From a virus (lineage: Duplodnaviria > Heunggongvirae > Uroviricota > Caudoviricetes), in the IMG/VR virus record IMGVR_UViG_3300033075_000957, positions 1 through 64,000 of that record: a DNA stretch of 64,000 nt; one strand, written 5' to 3'. How positions within the stretch are numbered: position 1 is the stretch's first letter; every line of letters begins with the position of its first letter. Below are positions 46,017 to 54,359 of this stretch, in pieces. A model generated the notes under the pieces. It saw nothing but the letters and a program-made list of their open reading frames with translations. It was not told the DNA's origin and did not search any database. A program made the position numbers and the translations under genes.

Positions 46017-47575
46017 GCTAGTCCCACGCGAGAGCGTGCCCAATCATTAAATGCTGCGGCGGTAGCCCAAGCGGCACCGTCGTCTTTTAACGCTTCATCC
46101 ATGAAACGATCATAAGTGCATTCGTTATTCGGTAGACCAACTGATTCGCGTAGATATGTTTCAATACGCACATCAAACAGGTTTGTATAAGCCGTAGCGG
46201 TTTGCGTACTACCGGGATCAAGAATGGGTGCTTTTTCATTACCGATAATCATCGGACTATGATCCCATCCTTCCATACGAATTTGCCAACGTGCATTCGG
46301 AGCCCACCAAGTATTAATCATGCACATTTCAGCTACCTGTTCTGGTAAAACAAACTGGCGATTAAGAGCAGTAACGCTCCACTGAGAACTATTAACGATT
46401 TTTAAGATCGTTTCGTTTTCACGAACTAGATAATAGTTTCCCGTAAACCCGCCTTCGCTTCTCTCGGAAAGAACGAGTGCTGGCGACCAATCACAAATTA
46501 CATTATCGTGTACAATAGGATTACCAGACTTACGTCTGCGAACATTTGCATTGATTAAAGAGGTATATTCAAACGCTTCTTTATTGCCGTAGCACAAAGC
46601 ACCAAACGAACTTGAAGCAGAAGTGCCGTCTTTATGAGAGATTATATTGTTACCAACTTCGGTCCCGTCCTCTGTCATCGCAATTGCGATTCCACAAGAA
46701 ATAGGATTAACGCCTAAATCGCGTCCATATAATACGACGTTATTTACAATCTTACCGCCGCATTCTTTTTTATCAGTTCCGCTTCCCATCGTGATACCAA
46801 ATGCACACTTGGTCACTAAATTATTAATAACATTGAAGCGGCCACCGCGACATTGAATGCCTACGTTACCATCACACTGAATAATATTTTCTTCAATGGT
46901 AGCAGAAATCGAATCGCCGTGTAGATACAATCCTTGATCGAACTGATCATTAACGTTACCTACGTTTTTCATAGCGTTTCTGCGAATAATCAGATTAGCA
47001 AATCCTTGCTGATATCCACCACCCGAATGGGATTGAGTTGACTTCATATCACTAATCTTATTATCTTCGATAATAAAATCGCGAAGATGCCCACCAGCCG
47101 AAGCGTCCGGTGGACGGAATGCCCATGCTGACATTAGTCCTGTAAAAGTGCAATGATGAACGTGAACATTTTGACCAACAGCTTTCCAATCTAAACCGAT
47201 ATTTTGATATTTAATAGGAGTAGCAAATTTTAATCGGGTTATTTCTGTGTAGCTAATACCCGTGCCCGCCTGACCTATTATTCCATAAATTTGCGGTAAA
47301 GGCCCGTCACCATAGCTAGAAATTTTTAGCTTGGCCGATGCTGTTCCTGTGCGATTGATGCTAACGATTTGATCGGTAATCGTACCACGTTTTAAAAGAA
47401 TGTCCACCGGCTGGACTAGAATATATGGAATCGGACTTTTATCTGGATGTACCTCTCCAAAATCAAGAGGTTGCGTAAAGAATCTGCTTAACCGACGCAT
47501 AGGGGTTGAAGCACTTAATCCGTCGTTAAGATCGTTACCATCAATAGGATCGACATAATAGGTAATTTTATCCAT
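46013..47575 (-). CDS. right-handed parallel beta-helix protein (tailspike / polysaccharide depolymerase-like)
   Basis: N-terminus MDKITYYVDPIDGNDLNDGLSASTPMRRLS typical of pectate-lyase-fold proteins; repetitive N/G/I-rich beta-helix rungs; own minus-strand motif AAGTGTATAGTATG abutting the start. Confidence 0.55.
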   Translation of the reverse strand: MDKITYYVDPIDGNDLNDGLSASTPMRRLSRFFTQPLDFGEVHPDKSPIPYILVQPVDILLKRGTITDQIVSINRTGTASAKLKISSYGDGPLPQIYGIIGQAGTGISYTEITRLKFATPIKYQNIGLDWKAVGQNVHVHHCTFTGLMSAWAFRPPDASAGGHLRDFIIEDNKISDMKSTQSHSGGGYQQGFANLIIRRNAMKNVGNVNDQFDQGLYLHGDSISATIEENIIQCDGNVGIQCRGGRFNVINNLVTKCAFGITMGSGTDKKECGGKIVNNVVLYGRDLGVNPISCGIAIAMTEDGTEVGNNIISHKDGTSASSSFGALCYGNKEAFEYTSLINANVRRRKSGNPIVHDNVICDWSPALVLSERSEGGFTGNYYLVRENETILKIVNSSQWSVTALNRQFVLPEQVAEMCMINTWWAPNARWQIRMEGWDHSPMIIGNEKAPILDPGSTQTATAYTNLFDVRIETYLRESVGLPNNECTYDRFMDEALKDDGAAWATAAAFNDWARSRVGLA

Positions 47576-47580
47576 AACAT

Positions 47581-47590
47581 ACTATACACT
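47581..47590 (-). promoter_or_regulatory. AGTGTATAGT promoter-like motif (minus strand) for 46013..47575
   Basis: Reverse complement of plus ACTATACACT, 6 nt from the minus start codon. Confidence 0.35.
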
Positions 47591-47606
47591 TACCGAAAGG
47601 AATAAT

Positions 47607-48044
47607 TTGGAAGAAATCAAGTATTTAGTAAATCATTCGGCGACCGTACCTTCAAAAGCACATGCTACAGATAGCGGGTTTGATCTTATAGCTACTAGCT
47701 GTAGTGTTCACGATAAGAATTCAGACATTTTAGTATACGGAACTGGAATTAGAGTGCAAATTCCAGCAGGTTTCGAATTACAGCTTCGTCCGCGTTCTTC
47801 GATAAGAAATTATGATTTGATTTTAATAAATTCACCCGGAACAATTGACCAAGAATATACCGGTGAAATTATGGTAAGTTTTAGAAAAATACCTCGTTCA
47901 GATGGAACGATACGTACATATTCTGTAGGTGATAAGATTGCACAGGTTGTACTGACACCTGTAGTACAGGCGGTATTTGTACCTGTTTTGTCTTTAGAGA
48001 CAACAGAGCGAGGTTCTAAAGGTTTTGGAAGTAGCGGAGTTTAA
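47607..48044 (+). CDS. dut: dUTP diphosphatase (trimeric dUTPase)
   Basis: TDSGFDL, RPRSS, GTIDQEYTGEI, ERGSKGFGSSG are dUTPase motifs 1-5; TTG start after AAAGGA. Confidence 0.7.
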   Translation: MEEIKYLVNHSATVPSKAHATDSGFDLIATSCSVHDKNSDILVYGTGIRVQIPAGFELQLRPRSSIRNYDLILINSPGTIDQEYTGEIMVSFRKIPRSDGTIRTYSVGDKIAQVVLTPVVQAVFVPVLSLETTERGSKGFGSSGV

Positions 48045-48065
48045 AATTTGAGAATATTTATAATT

Positions 48066-48076
48066 AAGTGTATAAT
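48066..48076 (+). promoter_or_regulatory. AAGTGTATAAT promoter-like motif
   Basis: About 150 nt upstream of the HNH ORF, followed by a structured leader. Confidence 0.35.
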
Positions 48077-48223
48077 GCTATTGACTGCAATAGCAGTTTA
48101 TCAGTGTGTGGGGTAGCAGCCGCCCGCTTGCTTTGGGAGCAAGTATACGCAAGTGCAATTCTTGCCACATTGACTTTGGGCCAGTAACTCAATATGTAGA
48201 GTGCCGATTTTGCAAATCGGAGG

Positions 48224-48833
48224 TTGCGAAGTCGCATTCGCCTGTGTCCATTGATGATCGGTATTAGAATTAAAGAAAACGATTTGTTTGTTGTTGAACA
48301 CGGCGTTAAAAGACGTGCTGAAAAAGTTTTGTGCAAAGTATGTAATAAAAAATTTATTCGCCGGATTGGAAGGAAAACTAGTAGATGTTCTCGATCTTGT
48401 TTTTATAAAACGACACGTCATAAAAAGACTGTTCTTGAATGTTTCAATTGCCATCAAAAATTTGAAAGATTGCCAAATAAACTAAAGGGTGCTAGGCACG
48501 GTATTTATTTTTGTTCAAGAAAATGCAAAGACTTTGCTCAGAGTTTGCGAGGAAATTGTCCAAAAATTAGACCATCGCATTATGGCACTACAGACGAATA
48601 TTTAGTTAAAGATTTTTATAAAGAGCATTTTCATAAAGGATGTTTGTGCGGAGAAAAAGAATTATCTTTTACAAATCCATCATGTAGACGGAAATCATTC
48701 CAACAATCAATCAGAAAATTTAGAAATCGTCTGTGCTAACTGCCATATTAAACGACATCTGGTGTATAAAAACGGAACTTGGACATATTGTATGTCAAAA
48801 TTAACTCCTAGGGATCAGTTAGATAAAGTTTAA
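48224..48833 (+). pseudogene. HNH homing endonuclease interrupted by a frame change near the A-run 48651-48661
   Basis: CxxC Zn modules in the frame of ORF 48224..48739; the HNH core (LQIHHVDGNHSNNQSENLEIVCANCH) continues in the +1 frame 48606..48833; junction is CLCGEKE | KNYLLQIHH. Confidence 0.5.
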
Positions 48834-48907
48834 TGTCTTCGTGTTGTAATCAGAAGCAACCCTGTTTTGTACTCAGGAAGCGGGCGAGCATAGCGTCCCG
48901 GAGGCTT

Positions 48908-48940
48908 TAAAAATATTGTCAGACAAACATAATCGTTTTT
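48908..48940 (+). terminator. weak hairpin terminator candidate
   Basis: GTCAGA..TCTGAC stem with a 16-nt loop followed by ATTTT. Confidence 0.25.
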
Positions 48941-49063
48941 CTGACATTTTGCGGGCAGGACAAAGAGTAAGTCGTAACGCTCATAACGTTAAGAACTAGG
49001 TGCGACTCCTAGGCTCCGCAATTGCGAGTAAAATTGATTATAAATTAAACAAGTTTCATAATC

Positions 49064-49074
49064 TAGTGTATATA
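49064..49074 (+). promoter_or_regulatory. TAGTGTATATA promoter-like motif
   Basis: 6 nt before the ATG at 49080. Confidence 0.35.
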
Positions 49075-49079
49075 CTGTT

Positions 49080-49523
49080 ATGAAAATCTGTAATAAATGT
49101 TTAATTGAAAAAACCGATGGTGAGTTTCAAAAACGAGCATATGAGAAGGGTTTACAACCCTATTGTAAATCTTGTAATAAAATCAGTTTTCGTCGATATT
49201 ACGAAAAAAACAGCGAGTATATTGGTAAAAGAATCAATGGCAAAAAGACTAAAATTAGAAAATGGATTGCTGATTATAAGTTAGACAAACGATGCGAACG
49301 ATGCGAGGAAAACGCTCCGGAATGTCTAGAATTTCATCATCTTAATCCTTCGGAAAAGTCTTTTACAATTGGTCTTGCTGTTACGCAAAATAAAAAACTT
49401 TCTGAGATTCAAGAAGAAATTAAGAAGTGTATTGTGTTGTGTAAAAACTGTCACGCTAAATTACATTTCCAAGAAAAATTAAGTAAATCTGCGGTTGGTC
49501 CAGCGATCAATCAAGACCCATAA
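49080..49523 (+). CDS. HNH homing endonuclease
   Basis: CNKC..CKSC, CERCEEN..EFHHLNP..CKNCH. Confidence 0.65.
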   Translation: MKICNKCLIEKTDGEFQKRAYEKGLQPYCKSCNKISFRRYYEKNSEYIGKRINGKKTKIRKWIADYKLDKRCERCEENAPECLEFHHLNPSEKSFTIGLAVTQNKKLSEIQEEIKKCIVLCKNCHAKLHFQEKLSKSAVGPAINQDP

Positions 49524-49861
49524 TCTTGACAGCAAAGGGCAGCACTTTGGTCCGCAATTTTTCAAGTGTTGAGGACAAGCAACGAAAAGTAGGCAATAAC
49601 TCGAACCATCCATTCGATAGCCGGGAGTAGTTCCAGTTCCAAGCGATAATGCTTCTTTCTGAACACCGGGAGGTAAGTAAGAAAGGATTTTGCAAAATTG
49701 GTGTAATTGGCAGCACGTTAGCCTTCCAAGCTAATAGTATCCGATCGTGGCGGATATTTTGCATTGTCTTAATTTCTAAGGTACTGACTTTAATCGTTTA
49801 CGCCATTAGTCAGAGGCGGTACAAACCAATTAGAATACAGGTTATTCTTTTGGAGTATCGT

Positions 49862-50635
49862 ATGTCTTGGCAACCAACAAAACATGAAGACCGAATTGGC
49901 TATAAATATTATAAATTAACTATTATCGATAAAATAATTGAAAATAATTGGTTTTACTGGATATGTTCTTGCGAATGCGGCAAAACAATTAAATTAAAAC
50001 ACTGTAATCTTTTTGGAAAAAGAAAAGTTAGAAGTTGTGGTTGCTATCATTCTTATCCTAAAATCGATTTATTAAATAAAAAGATAGGAAAACTCACTCC
50101 CTTTAAGTTTATTAAAGAAGGGAAACAAAATTATTGGCAATGTAAATGCGATTGTGGACAGGAAATAATTAAAAAGCATAGTTATTTAGTAAATGCTCAA
50201 TATCCTGCTTGTGAAAAATGTCTTTCAGATAAAAGAAAACAAAACAATAGTAAAGTAGGAAAAAGATCCGATAAAAATCTTTACAAAAATCTGTATAGAC
50301 AGTACAGCAAATCAGCTGAACAAAGAGATTTAAAGTTCGAACTATCATTAGAAGATTGTAAAAAATTTTTTAATAAAAGATGTTTTTATTGCGATACTCT
50401 TCCACAAAATATTATTAAAAATTCTCATTATGAAATTATTTGGAATGGAATAGACAGAATTGATTCATCGGTAGGATATAATAAAGAAAACTGCGTCACT
50501 TGCTGTACCATCTGTAATTTTGCTAAAAGATCATTGTCTATAAACGAATTTAAAGATCATATAGAAAAAATTTATACAAATTTTATAAATTATCAGAAAA
50601 AAGACAGTAAGCAACTAATGTTATTTGACTGTTAA
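49862..50635 (+). CDS. HNH_3-family homing endonuclease
   Basis: ATG (MSWQPTKHED..) with GGAGTA RBS; CSCECG..CGC and CKCDCG Zn modules; GIDRIDSSVGYNKENCVTCCTICNFAK is HNH_3. Confidence 0.55.
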   Translation: MSWQPTKHEDRIGYKYYKLTIIDKIIENNWFYWICSCECGKTIKLKHCNLFGKRKVRSCGCYHSYPKIDLLNKKIGKLTPFKFIKEGKQNYWQCKCDCGQEIIKKHSYLVNAQYPACEKCLSDKRKQNNSKVGKRSDKNLYKNLYRQYSKSAEQRDLKFELSLEDCKKFFNKRCFYCDTLPQNIIKNSHYEIIWNGIDRIDSSVGYNKENCVTCCTICNFAKRSLSINEFKDHIEKIYTNFINYQKKDSKQLMLFDC

Positions 50636-50707
50636 TCAGTCAAGACGACCTACCGGTTTTTCAACGATGATAGGGAATACTGGCGTCCTGTCAGAGAATT
50701 ACCAGCA

Positions 50708-50740
50708 TCTTTGATTTCATTACTGAAATCAAAGATTTTC
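50708..50740 (+). terminator. rho-independent terminator
   Basis: Perfect 11-bp stem TCTTTGATTTC/GAAATCAAAGA with loop ATTACT, then TTTTC. Confidence 0.6.
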
Positions 50741-50825
50741 GACAGAGTAGGCAAGAGGCATAACCCGGTGGTGTACGGCCACCGCCCTTCAATGGTGTCA
50801 ACGGTTCGAATCCGTTTCTCTGTCA
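50741..50825 (+). tRNA. tRNA-like gene, paralog-like to the downstream tRNA-Tyr but with a non-canonical anticodon loop (TGTACGG) and one extra nucleotide before the 3' acceptor strand
   Basis: Acceptor GACAGAG/CTCTGTC perfect, T-arm AACGG-TTCGAAT-CCGTT, D region GGCAAGAGGCATAA aligns with the tRNA-Tyr D region GGCAAGCGGCAAAG, same 16-nt variable-arm length; the hairpin GGTGG-TGTACGG-CCACC puts G at position 33. Confidence 0.4.
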
Positions 50826-51024
50826 TTATAACGATTTGAGTTTGTGGACTTTCAATTCTATACTCATGGAGTTTTCCTTACTTACGATTCCCAAAGGGAT
50901 AGATGGAAGACTAGAAGGTAGGCCAAAATGCATTGGCACGAAAAAACATGGCACGGGTTTCCGATACGAAGGTTTGCATAGGGGTGATCCCTAACCGACT
51001 TCAAAGGCCGCCGTTTACGGCGAA

Positions 51025-51108
51025 GGGAGTGTAGGCAAGCGGCAAAGTTGCCACGCTGTAAACGTGGTGCCCGTAAGGGCTTCGGGGGTTCGAGTCCCTC
51101 TTCTCCCA
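51025..51108 (+). tRNA. tRNA-Tyr (anticodon GTA), type II
   Basis: Anticodon stem CCACG/CGTGG with canonical Tyr loop CTGTAAA; D-loop AGCGGCAAAG like bacterial tRNA-Tyr; variable hairpin GCCC-GTAA-GGGC; T-arm GGGGG-TTCGAGT-CCCTC; acceptor GGGAGTG/TTCTCCC has one mismatch; 84 nt. Confidence 0.6.
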
Positions 51109-51110
51109 TT

Positions 51111-51383
51111 ATGAAAATAAAACAATTAGCATTTATATTTCTTTTATCTACATCTTTAAGCCTTGTCTCATGTGAGGAACCTACTTTTTATACGACTGGA
51201 GAAATTATTAAAATTGAGAATCTTTCTGGTACGGAATTTATGAAAGATTTTGCTCAATATAACTATATTGTTCATTTTAAGTCTGATGACGGGCAGTTGT
51301 ATATGAAGTATTTTATATCGACAGGTTATAAGGTAAATGATAAAATAAAAATAGATATTAATAACGGATGGAGGAGCGAATGA
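51111..51383 (+). CDS. lipoprotein
   Basis: ATG at 51111: MKIKQLAFIFLLSTSLSLVSC with lipobox LVSC; the ORF-track start 51048 runs through the tRNA. Confidence 0.5.
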   Translation: MKIKQLAFIFLLSTSLSLVSCEEPTFYTTGEIIKIENLSGTEFMKDFAQYNYIVHFKSDDGQLYMKYFISTGYKVNDKIKIDINNGWRSE

Positions 51384-51823
51384 GCAGGAAACTGGATGCA
51401 CTGGTGGCGGAGAGGGTCATGGGGTTTACATGGTGGTCGGCGTGCGGAAAGTCTCACCTGATACCGCCGTGGGTGGAAGGTCTTTACGGATTCAGCGACG
51501 GGAGGCATTACCACTTTATCGCGGGCAAGCACTACGAAGCCACGCCCATTGAGTTGTCGTACAGCAACTATCAGAACCTTGCAACGCCGCCGTTCTCCAC
51601 CGACATCTCCGTAGCGTGGAAGGTGGTCGAGAAGATGAAAAATGACAACTGGAGAGGTTCTATCGAGGATTTTGGGAATCGATACCGCATCAACTTTTCT
51701 AAAGGCCCTTTGTGGCAAGCGTTTAATAGCGTGGAACATATTGATGTCCCGTTGGGCATCTGTCTCGCTGCCCTCCGTGTCATTGGCGTAGACGAGGCGA
51801 CCATTCAGGAGGCGATGAAATGA
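51380..51823 (+). CDS. hypothetical protein (GC-rich island gene 1; N-terminus reminiscent of phage ABA-sandwich-domain proteins)
   Basis: ATG at 51380 with GGAGGAGCG RBS; MSRKLDALVAERVMGFTWW; local GC about 55% against about 33% in the flanks. Confidence 0.45.
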   Translation: MSRKLDALVAERVMGFTWWSACGKSHLIPPWVEGLYGFSDGRHYHFIAGKHYEATPIELSYSNYQNLATPPFSTDISVAWKVVEKMKNDNWRGSIEDFGNRYRINFSKGPLWQAFNSVEHIDVPLGICLAALRVIGVDEATIQEAMK

Positions 51824-52050
51824 CCACCGACGAAATGAAGGCGGCGATTGAGAGGCTGAAGCAACTTCAATGCGACTCGCTTGATGAATACGACACGGTT
51901 CTCGCCCTCGCCGAGATCGGGCTGCTGGCGGTGGAGGCTGCTATCGAAGGCAACAAGCCGTCAAACGGTCACGATGATGAGTACAAAGCAATGCTGGACA
52001 GGACCAATGAGGCGGCTAACGCCTTCCTCGCCAAGCACGGATTGGAATAA
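51820..52050 (+). CDS. hypothetical protein (GC-rich island gene 2)
   Basis: ATGA start overlap; GC-rich, Ala/Glu-rich. Confidence 0.45.
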   Translation: MTTDEMKAAIERLKQLQCDSLDEYDTVLALAEIGLLAVEAAIEGNKPSNGHDDEYKAMLDRTNEAANAFLAKHGLE

Positions 52051-52052
52051 AA

Positions 52053-52292
52053 GTGAAGCACAAATGTGATATTTGTAATAAAATGGTCGATAATTTAATG
52101 ATAATGAGATTCTATGATATAGAAGCCCGAGACGGAAAGCTACGAACTTCAAAATTTCCACTTTCTTCCGGAGGAATTTTGAATCAAGTAGTTGGTTGTG
52201 GATCGGTTAAATGCTGGGAAAAAGCTATGTTTCTAAGAAAACAGGAAATCGAAAATGAATTACAAGAAAATAATTCAACTTCTAAAAAATAA
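52053..52292 (+). CDS. hypothetical protein
   Basis: CDICNK Zn-ribbon-like start. Confidence 0.4.
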   Translation: MKHKCDICNKMVDNLMIMRFYDIEARDGKLRTSKFPLSSGGILNQVVGCGSVKCWEKAMFLRKQEIENELQENNSTSKK

Positions 52293-52327
52293 TAAGTTAT
52301 TTATTTTAACTCATCATACTAAATACG

Positions 52328-52951
52328 GTGATTTTTCTTATATTCGATCTTAAAGAAAGAATAGATAATAGATATATAACGTTGCCTAAACCTCCGATCC
52401 AGCCTTCGCTTTCTAGAAATCAAGCGAATTCTTTACCAGAAGGAAAAGTTAAAACGATAGCTTTATCTGAAATCAAAAACTATGAAAAAGAATTTGCAGA
52501 ATATCACGGTGATCTTTTTGGATTAACGAAAAAGGCTATACAATGGCATATCGACGAGGATTTCCGACGCGAGCATCAGGCTCGTGAGCGTGAAATCGAA
52601 TATCTAAAACAACAAAAACTGTTTTTAGATACAAAAACCGCATTACCTCCTATCGATCTGCCGAAAGACGAACACATTAATTTTCTTTCTAGTGTTGAAG
52701 AAATCTTTGACGAAGGAGAGAAAATGCAACATTGCGTTTCTTCTTATGCAAAAATGGCTGTTGATGGTGGATTATATATTTTTCATTGTACTTACAAAAA
52801 TGCCGAAGCAACTATCGCTATCAATCCAGACGGAACGGTGCGGCAGTCCCGTGGTCCGGGAAACGAATCTAATAAAGCTTCTGCGTACGCTGAAAAAATT
52901 CTAAAAAAATGGGGAGAAGGCTTCCCAAAGCCTATAATATCTAGTGAATGA
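52328..52951 (+). CDS. hypothetical protein (PcfJ-like C-terminal region?)
   Basis: MQHCVSSYAKMAVDGGLYIFH..RQSRGPGNE resembles PcfJ-type motifs; weak. Confidence 0.4.
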   Translation: MIFLIFDLKERIDNRYITLPKPPIQPSLSRNQANSLPEGKVKTIALSEIKNYEKEFAEYHGDLFGLTKKAIQWHIDEDFRREHQAREREIEYLKQQKLFLDTKTALPPIDLPKDEHINFLSSVEEIFDEGEKMQHCVSSYAKMAVDGGLYIFHCTYKNAEATIAINPDGTVRQSRGPGNESNKASAYAEKILKKWGEGFPKPIISSE

Positions 52952-53652
52952 TTTTTGCTATCACTGGTGATTCGGCTTCTGGTAAGAGTACGCTTGCTGG
53001 ATTATTAAAAAATAATCTACGAGACGCATTCTTGCTCGAATGTGACCGTTATCATCGGTGGGAGCGGGACGACATACACTGGAAATCTTATACGCATCTT
53101 AATCCAGACGCTAATTTTCTCGATAAAATGCGGCAAGATATAGTTTCGCTTAAAAGTGGCGAAGCTATTAAACAGGTCGAATATGACCATAATAATGGAA
53201 AATTTACAGAACCATTAATAGAAAATTCATCTGAAAATATCATAGTATGCGGACTACACTCATTCTATACAGAAGATCATCTTTATGATTTAAAAATATT
53301 TATGGACCCTGATCCTCAATTACGTATTCAGTGGAAGGTTGATCGGGACACCATTAAACGTAATTATTCTGAAGAAAAGGTACTTAAACAAATTGCTGAG
53401 CGTAAAGAAGATTTTGAAAAATATGTATTGCCTCAGCGAAGTTTGGCCGATCTTATCGTTAATTTTAATTCTTTAGGATTAGCTTTGTTGATTCGTCGTA
53501 AATATGATATTTCGAAATTAAAATTAGAAAATCATATCGTAGGCAGCGTCGATCCCGATTTCTACATTCTTCGTTTTGCTCCTGATAGCCGCGAAATACA
53601 TTATCAACAAATCGTATCTATTATTCTTTCTCTTGTGGAGCCAGCAGTATGA
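52948..53652 (+). CDS. P-loop kinase of the phosphoribulokinase/uridine kinase (PRK/UK) family
   Basis: IFAITGDSASGKSTLA Walker A; LECDRYH, YDHNNGKF, CGLHSF, LRIQWKVDRDTIKR parallel PRK motifs (CLDDYH, YNH.TG, EGLH, KFAWKIQRD). Confidence 0.6.
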   Translation: MIFAITGDSASGKSTLAGLLKNNLRDAFLLECDRYHRWERDDIHWKSYTHLNPDANFLDKMRQDIVSLKSGEAIKQVEYDHNNGKFTEPLIENSSENIIVCGLHSFYTEDHLYDLKIFMDPDPQLRIQWKVDRDTIKRNYSEEKVLKQIAERKEDFEKYVLPQRSLADLIVNFNSLGLALLIRRKYDISKLKLENHIVGSVDPDFYILRFAPDSREIHYQQIVSIILSLVEPAV

Positions 53653-54359
53653 AATGGGTTGTTTATTCACATACCGACTATCTAGATGTGTTGGAAGTTT
53701 TTACTGACTACGCCAAAACAATTACAAATAAGGTATTATTGGTAAATGGGCCAGTGCCAGAAACGATACGGAAAGCATACGATGATATTATCTATTACGA
53801 CGATAAACTCCCCTACGCCAGTCGCCTACTGGAGTTGAAGCAATTACCGGATAAGTATATCTTATTTACTCATGATATCGATATTGTACTATATCGTGAT
53901 GATCCTGCTCTAGAGATTGTTCAAGAGTATATGGAGAAATTTGATTTTGATCGTGTTGATCTTAAGCCTAGCGGTAGCGAAAAACCTAACGGTTCCTTAG
54001 ACCGTATTACCGATCCTCTGGACTATCCATACAATGTTAACCCTTCCATATGGAAGCTTGAAACGTTTATGAAGATCATGTCTGATTGGCAAAATGAGAC
54101 TTATCGGACTATCGAAGGTTTGCCAGTTCAACACGATTGTTTAAAATACGAAATTTATCGACCAGTATCTACCTCGTCTGTATCGTGCGGTTATTTTAAG
54201 TGTTTACCTTGGTATCAGTTTTTGCACATTACACATCACGGTAAATTTATGCCTCCATGCAATGAACACATGGATCAAGAAATCGCAAAAATCTATACTG
54301 ATATTTGCGTGAAATATTTAAATAAATCAAAAAGAGAATTTAGAAAGAGTATGTGGTAA
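53649..54359 (+). CDS. hypothetical protein
   Basis: ORF 236 aa. Confidence 0.45.
   Translation: MKWVVYSHTDYLDVLEVFTDYAKTITNKVLLVNGPVPETIRKAYDDIIYYDDKLPYASRLLELKQLPDKYILFTHDIDIVLYRDDPALEIVQEYMEKFDFDRVDLKPSGSEKPNGSLDRITDPLDYPYNVNPSIWKLETFMKIMSDWQNETYRTIEGLPVQHDCLKYEIYRPVSTSSVSCGYFKCLPWYQFLHITHHGKFMPPCNEHMDQEIAKIYTDICVKYLNKSKREFRKSMW

Noticed and set aside
46013-47575. Minus-strand 520-aa ORF as a translation artefact of a plus-strand region
   Set aside because: Not rejected. It is retained as a real gene because it has coherent beta-helix repeats, a typical N-terminus and its own promoter motif.
50882-51109. 75-aa minus-strand ORF
   Set aside because: Overlaps tRNA-Tyr and the GC-rich spacer; spurious.
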